Positions 42,101-51,975 of a stretch of DNA of 64,000 nucleotides are shown here, in pieces. The notes beneath the pieces are model-generated. The model searched no databases and was not told where the DNA came from. It saw nothing but the letters and a program-made list of their open reading frames with translations. The DNA comes from Eledone cirrhosa (lineage: Eukaryota): contig OZ024749.1 of the NCBI GenBank assembly GCA_964016885.1, positions 28,520,001 through 28,584,000 on the forward strand. Direction: 5' to 3'. Numbering within the stretch: position 1 is the stretch's first letter; every line of letters begins with the position of its first letter. Made by a program: the position numbers and the translations under genes.

Positions 42101-45100
42101 TGTATCTAGTTTACAATAGGTACACTGTATCCCTGCGTGTATCTAGTTTACAATAGGTACACTGTATCCCTGTGTGTATCTAGTTTACAATAGGTACATT
42201 GTATCCCTGTGTATATCTAGTTTACAATAGGTACATTGTATCCCTGTGTGTATCTAGTTTACAATAGGTACATTGTATCCCTGTGTGTATCTAGTTTACA
42301 ATAGGTACATTGTATCCCTGTGTATATCTAGTTTACAATAGGTACATTGTATCCCTGTGTATATCTAGTTTACAATAGGTACACTGTATCCCTGTGTGTA
42401 TCTAGTTTACAATATGTACATTGTATCCCTGTGTATATCTAGTTTACAATAGGTACATTGTATCCCTGTGTGTATCTAGTTTACAATAGGTACATTGTAT
42501 CCCTGTGTGTATCTAGTTTACAATAGGTACATTGTATCCCTGTGTATATCTAGTTTACAATAGGTACATTGTATCCCTGTGTATATCTAGTTTACAATAG
42601 GTACATTGTATCCCTGTGTGTATCTAGTTTACAATAGGTACACTGTTTCCCTGTGTATATCTAGTTTACAATAGGTACACTGTATCCCTGTGTGTATCTA
42701 GTTTACAATAGGTACATTGTATCCCTGTGTGTATCTAGTTTACAATAGGTACATTGTATCCCTGTGTATATCTAGTTTACAATAGGTACACTGTATCCCT
42801 GTGTATATCTAGTTTACAATAGGTACACTGTATCCCTGTGTATATCTAGTTTACAATAGGTACATTGTATCCCTGTGTATATCTAGTTTACAATAGGTAC
42901 ACTGTATCCCTGTGTATATCTAGTTTACAATAGGTACATTGTATCCCTGTGTATATCTAGTTTACAATAGGTACACTGTATCCCTACGTGTATCTAGTTT
43001 ACAATAGGTACACTGTATCCCTGCGTGTATCTAGTTTACAATAGGTACATTGTATCCCTGTGTGTATCTAGTTTACAATAGGTACATTGTATCCCTGTGT
43101 GTATCTAGTTTACAATAGGTACACTGTATCCCTGCGTGTATCTAGTTTACAATAGGTACATTGTATCCCTGTGTGTATCTAGTTTACAATAGGTACACTG
43201 TATCCCTGTGTGTATCTAGTTTACAATAGGTACATTGTATCCCTGTGTGTATCTAGTTTACAATAGGTACACTGTATCCCTGCGTGTATCTAGTTTACAA
43301 TAGGTACACTGTATCCCTGTATATATCTAGTTTACGATAGGTACACTGTATCCCTGTGTGTATCTAGTTTACGATAGGTACACTGTATCCCTGTGTGTAT
43401 CTAGTTTACAATAGGTACATTGTATCCCTGTGTATATCTAGTTTACAATAGGTACATTGTATCCCTGTGTGTATCTAGTTTACAATAGGTACATTGTATC
43501 CCTGTGTGTATCTAGTTTACAATAGGTACATTGTATCCCTGTGTATATCTAGTTTACAATAGGTACATTGTATCCCTGTGTATATCTAGTTTACAATAGG
43601 TACACTGTATCCCTGTGTGTATCTAGTTTACAATATGTACATTGTATCCCTGTGTATATCTAGTTTACAATAGGTACATTGTATCCCTGTGTGTATCTAG
43701 TTTACAATAGGTACATTGTATCCCTGTGTGTATCTAGTTTACAATAGGTACATTGTATCCCTGTGTATATCTAGTTTACAATAGGTACATTGTATCCCTG
43801 TGTATATCTAGTTTACAATAGGTACATTGTATCCCTGTGTGTATCTAGTTTACAATAGGTACACTGTTTCCCTGTGTATATCTAGTTTACAATAGGTACA
43901 CTGTATCCCTGTGTGTATCTAGTTTACAATAGGTACATTGTATCCCTGTGTGTATCTAGTTTACAATAGGTACATTGTATCCCTGTGTATATCTAGTTTA
44001 CAATAGGTACACTGTATCCCTGTGTATATCTAGTTTACAATAGGTACACTGTATCCCTGTGTATATCTAGTTTACAATAGGTACATTGTATCCCTGTGTA
44101 TATCTAGTTTACAATAGGTACACTGTATCCCTGTGTATATCTAGTTTACAATAGGTACATTGTATCCCTGTGTATATCTAGTTTACAATAGGTACACTGT
44201 ATCCCTACGTGTATCTAGTTTACAATAGGTACACTGTATCCCTGCGTGTATCTAGTTTACAATAGGTACATTGTATCCCTGTGTGTATCTAGTTTACAAT
44301 AGGTACATTGTATCCCTGTGTGTATCTAGTTTACAATAGGTACACTGTATCCCTGCGTGTATCTAGTTTACAATAGGTACATTGTATCCCTGTGTGTATC
44401 TAGTTTACAATAGGTACACTGTATCCCTGTGTGTATCTAGTTTACAATAGGTACATTGTATCCCTGTGTGTATCTAGTTTACAATAGGTACACTGTATCC
44501 CTGCGTGTATCTAGTTTACAATAGGTACACTGTATCCCTGTATATATCTAGTTTACGATAGGTACACTGTATCCCTGTGTGTATCTAGTTTACGATAGGT
44601 ACACTGTATCCCTGTGTGTATCTAGTTTACAATAGGTACACTGTATCCCTGTGTGTATCTAGTTTACGATAGGTACACTGTATCCCTGTGTGTATCTAGT
44701 TTACAATAGGTACACTGTATCCCTGTGTGTATCTAGTTTACGATAGGTACATTGTATCCATGTGTGTATCTGGTTTACAATAGGTACATTGTATCCCTGT
44801 GTGTATCTGGTTTACAATAGTTACAATGTATTGTCGTTGTTGTTGGTGTTATTGTTGTTGCTGTGGTTGCAGTTGTTGTTGTGGTGGTGGTTACTGATAC
44901 TATTTTTGTTGTTGTTGTTGTTGTGGTTGTTATTGCTGTATATGCCGTTGTTATTGTTGTGGCTGCTGTTGTTATTGCTGTGTATGCCGTTGTTATTGTC
45001 GTCGTTGCTGTTGTTATTGTTGTGGTTGTTGTTACAAAAAACAAAAACAAAGAACGTAATACAAAATATAACTATATTCTTTCAAACATTGAATATTTCA

Positions 45101-45271
45101 GTTAATCTTCTTTTATTTTTTATTCTTTCTATTTACACAGGTTGTAAAGTAAACGGAAGCATGTATTACACAGAACACTTCAGCTTCATCGATAAATGTA
45201 TATTATACAACTGTTCCTGTAAGAATGGTAAACACAATTGCCCCGCTCATCTAAGCAGTAAGATTTGTTGA
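309..45271 (+). CDS. Giant multi-exon cysteine-rich modular protein (68 VWC-half/FN1/pacifastin-like modules in window, about 4,485 aa, 5'-incomplete), probably extracellular
   Basis: 38 exons with AG acceptors and GT donors, all introns phase 1, splice into one open frame ending at TGA 45269-45271. Every exon encodes the module C-x18-C-x4-C-x-C-x3-G-x-W-x-C-x8-C. No start codon or signal peptide lies in the window. Confidence 0.88.
825..1049 (+). CDS. Exon B1 (225 bp, one 6-Cys module)
   Basis: ttttag|TG...GACG|gtaaaa; [75 protein letters not shown]. Confidence 0.9.
1683..1892 (+). CDS. Exon A2 (beta variant NNKR/DTH)
   Basis: Copy of A1 with intact splice sites. Confidence 0.88.
2210..2434 (+). 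CDS. Exon B2 (variant YQLGQQ/KDPP)
   Basis: Copy of B1 with intact splice sites. Confidence 0.88.
3074..3283 (+). CDS. Exon A3
   Basis: Copy of A1. Confidence 0.88.
3590..3814 (+). CDS. Exon B3
   Basis: Copy of B1. Confidence 0.88.
4448..4657 (+). CDS. Exon A4
   Basis: Copy of A2. Confidence 0.88.
4975..5199 (+). CDS. Exon B4
   Basis: Copy of B2. Confidence 0.88.
5839..6048 (+). CDS. Exon A5
   Basis: Copy of A1. Confidence 0.88.
6355..6579 (+). CDS. Exon B5
   Basis: Copy of B1. Confidence 0.88.
7219..7428 (+). CDS. Exon A6
   Basis: A2 type with YRC>YHC. Confidence 0.88.
7746..7970 (+). CDS. Exon B6
   Basis: B copy (YPLGQR/KDPP). Confidence 0.88.
8610..8819 (+). CDS. Exon A7
   Basis: Copy of A1. 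Confidence 0.88.
9126..9350 (+). CDS. Exon B7
   Basis: Copy of B1. Confidence 0.88.
9990..10199 (+). CDS. Exon A8
   Basis: Copy of A2. Confidence 0.88.
10517..10741 (+). CDS. Exon B8
   Basis: B copy (KDPP). Confidence 0.88.
11378..11587 (+). CDS. Exon A9
   Basis: Copy of A1. Confidence 0.88.
11894..12118 (+). CDS. Exon B9
   Basis: B copy (RDPP). Confidence 0.88.
12758..12967 (+). CDS. Exon A10
   Basis: Copy of A1. Confidence 0.88.
13285..13509 (+). CDS. Exon B10
   Basis: B copy (PPTKPTYD). Confidence 0.88.
14149..14358 (+). CDS. Exon A11
   Basis: A copy (YDNGSW). Confidence 0.88.
14665..14889 (+). CDS. Exon B11
   Basis: B copy (NHEYPFG). Confidence 0.88.
15528..15737 (+). CDS. Exon A12
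   Basis: A copy ([11 protein letters not shown]). Confidence 0.88.
16041..16265 (+). CDS. Exon B12
   Basis: B copy (WECSAD, PTYE). Confidence 0.88.
16655..17547 (+). mobile_element. 5'-truncated RTE-clade LINE (reverse transcriptase C-terminal part) with 12-bp target-site duplication
   Basis: Uninterrupted ORF to 17539 with [14 protein letters not shown] and LLYGSETW; (GAT)n tail; TSD atatatacaatt at 16643-16654 and 17548-17559 interrupting the array intron. Confidence 0.92.
17810..18019 (+). CDS. Exon A13
   Basis: A copy (GRKF, YHC). Confidence 0.88.
18323..18547 (+). CDS. Exon B13
   Basis: B copy (PPKKPTYD). Confidence 0.88.
19187..19396 (+). CDS. Exon A14
   Basis: A copy ([11 protein letters not shown]). 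Confidence 0.88.
19713..19937 (+). CDS. Exon B14
   Basis: B copy (PPRQPTYD). Confidence 0.88.
20065..20178 (+). mobile_element. tRNA-derived SINE family 1, 5'-truncated copy
   Basis: Matches the 3' part of the full copies at 29651 and 46829. Confidence 0.8.
20449..20634 (-). mobile_element. tRNA-derived SINE family 1, near full-length copy
   Basis: Reverse complement has A-box TGGCAGTATCGG and B-box GAGTTCAAATCC; gaaaataat duplicated at 20443 and 20634. Confidence 0.85.
20892..21101 (+). CDS. Exon A15 (most diverged array copy)
   Basis: NVQSVVVSS...NQHYPLG...DPDTEETP; splice sites intact, flanking introns diverged. Confidence 0.88.
21419..21643 (+). CDS. Exon B15
   Basis: [14 protein letters not shown]...[15 protein letters not shown]; splice sites intact. 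Confidence 0.88.
22300..22625 (+). mobile_element. Degenerate 3' fragment of an RTE-like LINE
   Basis: Similar to 49830-50020 plus 51295-51375; frameshifted remnants resembling RSSEIR..LQVE.LLLRIE and YYGHVVRM. Confidence 0.6.
23762..23971 (+). CDS. Exon A16 (diverged A-type module)
   Basis: tttgtag|TT...GAAC|gtaagt; [23 protein letters not shown]...[25 protein letters not shown]. Confidence 0.88.
24410..26006 (-). mobile_element. Penelope-like retroelement remnant (RT C-terminus plus GIY-YIG endonuclease), frameshifted, with an inverted copy of its 3' end at about 24100-24390
   Basis: [23 protein letters not shown] and [25 protein letters not shown] with preceding C-rich motif; degenerate hammerhead core in the 3' region. 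Confidence 0.85.
26160..26950. repeat. Diverged ~190-bp direct repeats (26160-26350 and 26773-26950) between (TA)n tracts; possible pLTR-type element
   Basis: aggtataaa.cgaagttgtagct...gtgacaccaagaaaaa.ga.cgaaggca.tg.ccatacatata.cacaacaacgata is present twice. Confidence 0.55.
27311..27498 (+). mobile_element. tRNA-derived SINE family 1
   Basis: A and B boxes; flanking ttattaatattc duplication. Confidence 0.85.
27764..27846 (+). ncRNA. Type I hammerhead ribozyme motif
   Basis: GAGCUGUA-CUGAUGA-A.GGGU(GAU)ACCC.A-GAA-ACA(UUAG)UGU-C^UGCAGUUC; stem I extends through GUGAA/UUCAC and UUGGCA/UGCCAA. Confidence 0.75.
28331..28688. repeat. Palindrome with 178-bp arms and a 2-nt spacer
   Basis: 28331-28508 is the reverse complement of 28511-28688; no mismatch seen by eye. 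Confidence 0.93.
28577..28640 (+). ncRNA. Minimal hammerhead-like motif (mirror copy on - strand at 28379-28442)
   Basis: AUUUUAU-CUGAUGA-AAG.GC.ACCA..UGGUCGCCCUU-GAA-AUAUAUAU-A^AUAAAAU; palindromic stem III. Confidence 0.55.
29286..29516 (+). CDS. Exon B16 (diverged B-type module)
   Basis: atcag|AG...AAAG|gtaagt; [20 protein letters not shown]...[25 protein letters not shown]. Confidence 0.88.
29650..29834 (+). mobile_element. tRNA-derived SINE family 1, full copy with 16-bp TSD
   Basis: TSD gttatataaggaaaat at 29633-29648 and 29835-29850. Confidence 0.88.
30488..30691 (+). CDS. Exon A17
   Basis: ctacag|TT...GAAG|gtaaac; [23 protein letters not shown]...[25 protein letters not shown]. Confidence 0.88.
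30757..31140. repeat. Degenerate short-unit repeat (ggtggaagtgttgt)n
   Basis: Recurrent ggaagtgttg. Confidence 0.8.
31985..32218 (+). CDS. Exon B17
   Basis: aaacag|CA...CAAG|gtgaga; [23 protein letters not shown]...[25 protein letters not shown]. Confidence 0.88.
32554..32763 (+). CDS. Exon A18
   Basis: ctccag|TT...AAAG|gtaagc; [23 protein letters not shown]...[25 protein letters not shown]. Confidence 0.88.
33534..33743 (+). CDS. Exon B18
   Basis: Weaker acceptor ccgaag|GG...TCAG|gtaaat; [20 protein letters not shown]...[25 protein letters not shown]. Confidence 0.82.
34482..39983 (+). CDS. Giant 5502-bp exon: 31 modules (mostly 8-Cys, CxxC...CxCxC) plus a 129-aa S/T/P-rich linker
   Basis: tttcag|TT TGT CAA GAG TGT...TTA G|gtaagt; contains most of the 1805-aa ORF in the track and extends it 5' in frame. 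Confidence 0.92.
36728..37679 (+). repeat. Six near-identical 162-bp (54-aa) coding repeats inside the giant exon
   Basis: TGCAAACAATGTGATGCA starts at 36728, 36890, 37052, 37214, 37376 and 37538. Confidence 0.95.
40027..40635 (+). mobile_element. Three tandem diverged SINE family 1-related copies
   Basis: Three B-box-like gagtt(c/t)aaat motifs, each followed by a tttcatcc-like segment and ataaaataaagta. Confidence 0.75.
40909..44825. repeat. 37-bp minisatellite, about 105 copies, in the last intron
   Basis: Unit tacaataggtacactgtatccctgtgtatatctagtt. Confidence 0.97.
44830..45035. repeat. Degenerate (GTT)n trinucleotide repeat
   Basis: gttgttgtt/gctgtt runs. Confidence 0.85.
45141..45271 (+). 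CDS. Terminal coding exon (one 6-Cys module, then stop)
   Basis: acacag|GT TGT...; [42 protein letters not shown]. Confidence 0.85.
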
Positions 45272-45437
45272 GAGTCGAAAGAAGAAAAACAATTACATCG
45301 AATTAAAAATCGATAAGACTAGTTTTTGGTACTAAATTAATCAATACTTGGAAAAAAAATTATGAAGAAGAAAACCAAATCACTGAAAACCAAAAGGAAA
45401 AAAAATTAAAAACATTGTTCATTAATCACCATAAACA

Positions 45438-45560
45438 GAAATAAACTGCAATAAAACAGAAATAAAACTGAAATGTGTGCCTTGAAAAAAAAACTAAACA
45501 AAATGAGATTAATTTGATTTGAAACATTCCCAGGTTTTCAAACAGTCATTAAATAAACAA
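45438..45560 (+). terminator. Cluster of AATAAA polyadenylation signals
   Basis: AATAAA near 45440, 45450, 45461 and 45552, with T-rich sequence from about 45583; site usage unknown. Confidence 0.45.
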
Positions 45561-45698
45561 AATTATAAAAATATAAAAAATACTTTTTCTTTCTCAGTGT
45601 TTTTGCGTGGGCGGGGGAAGAGAGAAGGCGTCATTGTTTAAACGTCCGTTCTTCTATGCAAGCACGGATTGGACAAAGGCTCGAACATATTCCGGTTT

Positions 45699-45925
45699 CA
45701 TGTGGAGTTAAGCGACTGAGAGAACAAGACTCCACTTCAGACGACGCCAGTCCGTGGTATCATGTGGAGTTAAGCGACTGAGAGAACAAGACTCCACTTC
45801 AGACGTGACCCCAGTCCGTGGTATCATGTGGAGTTAAGCGACTGAGAGAACAAAACTCCACTTCAGACGTGACACCAGTCCATGGTATCATGTGGAGTTA
45901 AACGAATGAGAGAACAAAACTCCAT
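45699..45925. repeat. 62-64 bp tandem repeat, about 3.5 copies
   Basis: catgtggagtta at 45699, 45761, 45825 and 45889. Confidence 0.85.
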
Positions 45926-46142
45926 TGCAGGCTTAATTCCCCAGATGCTGCTTCTGCTTGCTGAGTGAACTGAAGCAATGTGAAATGATGTGTCTTGCTC
46001 AAGGTCACAATGTGCTACTCAGTCAAGGAATCAAACTGACGACTTTATTATCGTGAGTTCAACAACCTATTCGTATTGTTGGTATTTTCAAATTTTCAAA
46101 AAGTATTTCTATTGAAGATCTATGTGCGTGTGAATGTGTGAG

Positions 46143-46195
<53 letters not shown>

Positions 46196-46339
46196 TATAT
46201 ATTTGTGAAAAGAGAAAGAGAGTGTGTGTATGTGTGCGTGTTGTTGAAATCAGGACTTTGAGATCTAGATGTAAAAAGAATGAAGAGAAGATAAAGTTTG
46301 AACAAGAATGAGTTACATATTCGGCGGCTCGATATCTTC

Positions 46340-46462
46340 AGCTGAGTGGACTGGAGCAACGTGAAATAAAGTATCTTTCTCAAGGACACAACATGCTGTC
46401 GTGAATCGAACTCACGACCTTACGATCGTGAGCATAATACTCTCACCACTAAGCCACGCTCC
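46340..46462 (-). mobile_element. tRNA-derived SINE family 2 (related pieces at 45958-46070 -, 62555-62670 +, 63893-64000 -)
   Basis: Reverse strand reads gtggcttagtgg...gagttcgattc...gtgtccttga...actttatttcacgttgctccagtccactcagc. Confidence 0.7.
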
Positions 46463-46828
46463 TTCGCCAATATAGAAAATAAGGTGAGAAACCACACAAC
46501 AGTAATGTATACATACAAGTTATTTTTTATTTTCTCTGTACCACCAGAAAGAAATATAGTTTAAAGTCCGTCTCGAAGCCTGAGGCTCATCTGGCCGGTG
46601 CTTATCCTGGTTTCTGTAACGTTGAGTGACTGAGAGTACAAAACTCCCCCTCCTCCTGGACAGGATGCCAGTTCGTCGCAGGGTTAATCCCACCTCCCAA
46701 CTATTGCTGGTATTTATTTTCGTGAAATGAAGTGAACACAACAAGAACACAACGTAAAACCCAGTCCAATAACATATTTTTTGTTCCCCGGTTCTAAGTG
46801 TCATTTCGTGGTTTGTTATATCCCATTA

Positions 46829-47223
46829 GGGAGGTGGATTGGCAGTATCGGTAGAGGGTCGGACGCCATGCTTTCCAGCATAGTTACGTCCCTTTACGAT
46901 CTGAGTTCAAATCCCGCCGAGGTTGACTTTGCCTTTCATCCTTACGGGGTCGATAAAATAAAGTACCAGTAATGCACTGGGTAATTGCTGGCCTTGTGCC
47001 TAAAGTAGAAACAATTATTATAAAAAAAACGGCGGCGAATTGGCAGTATCAGTAGAGGGTTGGACACCATGCTTTCTAGCATAGTTTCGTCCCTTTACGG
47101 TCTGAGTTCAAATCCCCTCGAGGTTAACTTTGCTTTTCATCCTTACGGGGTCGATAAAATAAATTACCAGTAATGTACTGGGATAATTGCTGGCCTTGTG
47201 CCAAAAGTAGAAACAATTATTAT
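46829..47223 (+). mobile_element. Two tandem full SINE family 1 copies
   Basis: 46829-47021 and 47031-47223, each with A/B boxes and ...gtagaaacaattatta. Confidence 0.88.
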
Positions 47224-47429
47224 AAAAAACACTATTATTTAATCAGAAGTTTGGGTTTGTGGTCAGGAGTTTGATATTTCGAAATTTTCATATTTTTCAA
47301 GAAAAAAGACATTTTTTTTAAAATTTATCAGTTCATATAATTAAATCAACAGAGTATATATTTATTTTATTACACAAGCTTATCAAAAGCAAACAAGTAA
47401 AAACAAATAACACTTATAAAGCAACTTAT

Positions 47430-48590
47430 ACACGTCAGAAATGACTGGATTTCCTGGATTTGCGGTTGTAGTCCAGGTTGCATTCCCGCACTAGCCCCCA
47501 GATATAGTCCCCCATCATTTTTTCATTGTAGTAGCCCTGGTACCTCCGCTCTATCTCTTTCACATCTTGGTGGAATCGTTCGCCTTATTCTTCTGAGTAG
47601 GCGCCCATATTGTCCTTGCATTTTTTCAGGTGAGCGTCCAGCATATGGAGTTTAAGCGACATCTTGCATCCCATGGCGCCAAAAGCCTTTATCAGATCCT
47701 GCACCAGATGCTGGTAGTTTTCAGCTCTGTAGTTGCCCAGGAAGCCCTTAACAACTGCCTTGAAACAGTTACATACTGTTCTCTCAATCCTATTGAGCTT
47801 ATTGGAGAACTCGGTAGACTCAAACACCTTCTTTATCTGAGGTCCAACAAAAATTTCACCTTTGATTTAGGCCTCAGATAACTTGGGGAAGAACTCAAGA
47901 AGGTACTTAAAAGCGGCTGATTCTTGGTTGAGAGCCTTCACAAACTGCTTCATCAACCCCAACTTAATGTGCAGTGGCGGCATGAGCACAATCCTGGGAT
48001 CAACCAGTGGCTTCCACATGACGTTCCGGGTCCCAACTACAAATTCTGTTCGCTGCTCCCAGTTCTTTCTTTTGTAGTCGTCAGAGGTGGCTCTGCTGTC
48101 CCAAAGGCAGAGGAAGCATTAGAATTTGATAAAGCCTCCTTGGAGTCCAAGCTGGAAAGCCACCATCCTGAAGTCTCCAATGATTTCCCAATTGTACTGG
48201 TTGTATTGCAGAGCTTCCAAGAGGACTTTCACACTGTAGTAATCTTCCTTCAGGCAGACTGAATGAGCTAGGGGCAGTGTCGGGAACTTTTTCCATTGTG
48301 GAAGAGGACAGCCTTCAAACTTGTGGTGGCGCTGTCTATAAATAGCCGCCACTCCTTAGCACAAATGGCACCCCAATAACGTCAAACAGTCCAAGCACGT
48401 CATAGCAGAAGCAGAGGCCATCCCTAAGAGTGTAAAAGCCTGAGAAAGGTACTGAGAAAGGACTTGTCACCTGCACTTCCTCCTTGACCAAGTTCCACTG
48501 CTTCATCCTGGAGACAAATAGCTCTGCATTGGATTTGGTCAGACCCATATCCCTGACCAAGTCATTGACTTCTTTTTGGTTTATTCAGGG
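47430..48590 (-). mobile_element. Degenerate DNA-transposon transposase (resembles the TcMar-m44 type)
   Basis: Frameshifted fragments reading PPLHIKLGLMKQFVKAL, CKMSLKLHMLDAHL..DNMGAYSEE*GERFHQD; stops present. Family name is from recalled motifs. Confidence 0.75.
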
Positions 48591-49789
48591 TGCGAAAATC
48601 CAGTATCAATAAATCTCTTTAATCCACTTTTTAACAATTTTATACTTTATTGCACTTTTATAATTTTCTTTAGGTATTACTCTTTATTTTATAATTTTAA
48701 TTTAACCTGAAACATATATTAAAAAAAAATCATTTAACATAAGCAAATTAAACTTACATACAACCCTTTCTGTAACTTCCGGTCAGAACCCTATAAAACT
48801 AACAACTTTAAGTTCTCACTCTCTCATTCGCCTTTTCGGTCAGGCGCCTCCTGACTTTCGCCAGGAGTCTTCACCCAGGCGTCTTCTGCCAGCCACGTTC
48901 GTTTGGCAATCAAACGGTAACTAATAACTTTGCTTCATTCTTTCATCTATTTCTTTGACATGTCAACTATACTGTTCTATATATATCCATGATTGTTAAT
49001 TAAATATTATACACACAAACCATGTCTCCTTGTTACATTCATACACACTAGTATACCGCTATATTGGTAACCCTCACGTGATACGAACACGCAGCCGTTC
49101 ATTGTTATAAGTGGTCACCCCCCAAAAAAGAAAAAAATAGCAGAATCTGGTGTTGTGTGAGTAACATTACGAATACACAGCAAATTTATTGACAAACTAT
49201 GAAAATACTCAGTCAAAGAAATGCACACACGCACATGTGAAACTTTCGTGCAGACACTCTTTTTCTCTCACGCATCAACTAACTGTCGCATTTCACTTAC
49301 ATGCTCGCCATCTTACTCCATGCATGCTTCTTTCGATTTTTTATGTTTTAAAAATCTGGCGGGGGGATAATGTAGCAAGAGTTGCCTCCCTTGCCATGAC
49401 AATCTCATCACTGCTCTCTAGACAGGAAGTAGGTGGAGTTGCTTCCCTTTGGGATTGACAGACTCCCTGTTGGTCACTTCCGGTCAACAGATATAAAAGG
49501 AGCAGTTTACCACGAAATCTCTCTCTCGCCTCTTGATTCCTGAAGTGGTAACACCTCCGACCCTAGCTTGTGATGATTCCTTCTTGACGACCCTTTCGTT
49601 ACCAAGAACAATGCAACTTGCAGCCTGAGATGAGAGCCTAAGATGTCTCTACCAACTTCAGCCTTGTATTATGACCATTGGGTAACAAATCCTTATATTT
49701 AATGCCTTTGACTTCCATGAAGTAAAAACTTTATTATAACACACACACCGGTATTTACTGTCTTTTATATTATGTTGTATGTACACCGA

Positions 49790-51380
49790 TACTAATTTCC
49801 TAAAAGCCTTTGGAGTAACGTTACTTGCTAGAGTACGTAGCTCTGAGATCAGAGAGTCACTTCAGGTAGAGCCGCTACTTCTTCGAATTGAGAGATCACA
49901 GCTTAGATATTACGGACATGTGGTTAGAATGGCTCGGGGAAGAATCACTGGACAGATTTTACGGGAAAAACCAGCCAGCAGGAGACCGAGGAGTATACCT
50001 CAAGCAAGATGATTGGATAACATCCATATGAGCTCAGCTGGCAGTGATGTAGCTACAGTGTGTGCCACCCGTGGCAGCCCATCAGTTTGCCGCCTCCAGA
50101 CCCCCAACAAAAAATACATATTGCTGAAGGTTGCTGACAGATTTGTGTATTTGCGGAGTACTCGAAGTGTGACCTGTTCTCTGGATGCAGAAGTTGGTCT
50201 ACGTGTTAGTAATGCAAGTGAGTCGTTTGGAAGGCTCAGCGACCGTCTTTGGTGCAAACGAGGAATCACAATGAAGACCAAGGTGAGAGTGTATGCTGCA
50301 TGTGTACTGTCGGCTTTGCTATATGCATGTGAGACATGGGTTGCCTACAAACGGCATATCCAAAGACTGGAACGATTTCACCAGCAGTGTCTCAGAAATA
50401 TGTTCGGTATCAAGTGGCAGATGCATGTGAGTGATGTTGAGGTCCAGTAAGCATTGATAGTATCATCCATCAACGACGTTTACGATGGACCGGACACCTC
50501 AGCATAATAGAAGATGATCGAATCCCCAAACAACTTTTATATGGCGAAGAGACCACCTCATAAGCCAAGGCTCCGATTCAAGGATTGTGTATCAAGTGAC
50601 AGATGCATTGAAAAATCTGGTTTGATGGTGGCTGACTGGGAGATAGAATCTCTTGAAAGAGAGACTTGGCGTGGAATGGTGAATGATGGGGTCCATAATT
50701 TTGAGGACAGACGCAGACAGCACGAGAAGGTCAAACGGGATGTGCGTAAGCAATGCCCTGGTGTATCTCTCGAAACGATCGGTGTCTCCATTGAATTGAA
50801 GTGCCTGAGTGTGGAAAGATTTGTTTGAACAAATCTGGTCTCAGGAGCCACTGTTGCAGCCATGTTCAAAGAGAACCAGTGAACTATGATCTCCACGGTA
50901 TTGTGAAGGTTCAAGGCAACCTGATGCAAGACCTGAGGCCAGGGATATACATACTTGACGTCAATGTGCGAAGGAGTGCAAGTCTCTAGCAGGCTTAATA
51001 AGCCATATCCGAACGTCACACATCTGAATCTGACAAGCGATTGCAATACTCTTAGCAGAGTTTGCAGCCATCATGCATGCATGCATGTATGTATGTATTA
51101 ACTAGTCTGTGTACGATTATATTATGCTGCGATTATATTATGCTGCGATTATATTAACCCTTGTGGTTAATAAAGAAAACATTATATTATGCTGCAGGAT
51201 TAAAAGAACGCTTATAACCTACAGCAGACCCCAAAGTGTCGCCCCCACAAAAGTGTCTACCCACCCAAACACCCCCTCTAGCTACGCTATTGTCGGCTGG
51301 TCTCGCTTGGGGATCCAGCTGGATAAATTGGAGACGGGTGCTTCCAACACTTTCCCCCGCGACCCTTCCAAGAAGAAGAA
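49790..51380 (+). mobile_element. Nested degenerate RTE-clade LINE fragments
   Basis: 49790-50025 ([34 protein letters not shown]) resumes at about 51295. Between them lies an RTE/BovB-like piece (TKVRVYAACVLSALLYACETW..LERFHQQCLR; zinc-finger-like ECGKICLNKSGLRSH). Confidence 0.78.
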
Positions 51381-51608
51381 GATTAAAGATGATTCCAGGA
51401 TTTGTCACTGGGGCTGAAAATATTGAGGACAAAACAAATAATCAGAGGCAAATTACATGAAAACGAAAACAGGTAAAAAAAAAGTATTAATACATTACTA
51501 ACAGAATTCCTCAATAGAGGGTGCTCCACGTAGTTGGAGTTAAGGAACAGTACGATGTTCTAGTTCACTCAGTTACAGATTAGTGAGGTTGTGATATACA
51601 CACACATA

Positions 51609-51677
<69 letters not shown>

Positions 51678-51975
51678 ATATGTATAGATATATATGTGTA
51701 TATTTTTCTTCTCCCTCTTCTTCTTCTGCTTCTCCCCCCACCCTGCTACTATCACTACAGTCGAGGTCAACACTAAGAACATAGAACGAGCTAGCCCTCC
51801 TCTACTACTTTCACTACCGCTGCTGCAGTTATAGTCAACACCATCAAGGAGAGAAAGAGATAAACAAAAGTCTGAACTCTTCTATATATATGTATGTAAA
51901 CCATGTTATTTTATACCATATTTTTATTAATATACAACTTAACTCCATTATAAATATTATTATACACTTCTGTAT

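Noticed and set aside
40909-44825. CRISPR-like array (37-bp period)
   Set aside because: No unique spacers, no cas genes, and a eukaryotic intron context.
44762-45140. Poly-Leu stretch as a signal peptide or transmembrane segment
   Set aside because: It is a translation of an intronic (GTT)n repeat upstream of the acceptor at 45140.
46829-47223. tRNA genes
   Set aside because: A and B boxes are present, but no full cloverleaf was seen. A shared non-tRNA tail and TSDs at other copies indicate SINEs.
49371-49784. Possible solo LTR (TG start, TATAAAA box)
   Set aside because: No clear 3' boundary or target-site duplication could be identified.
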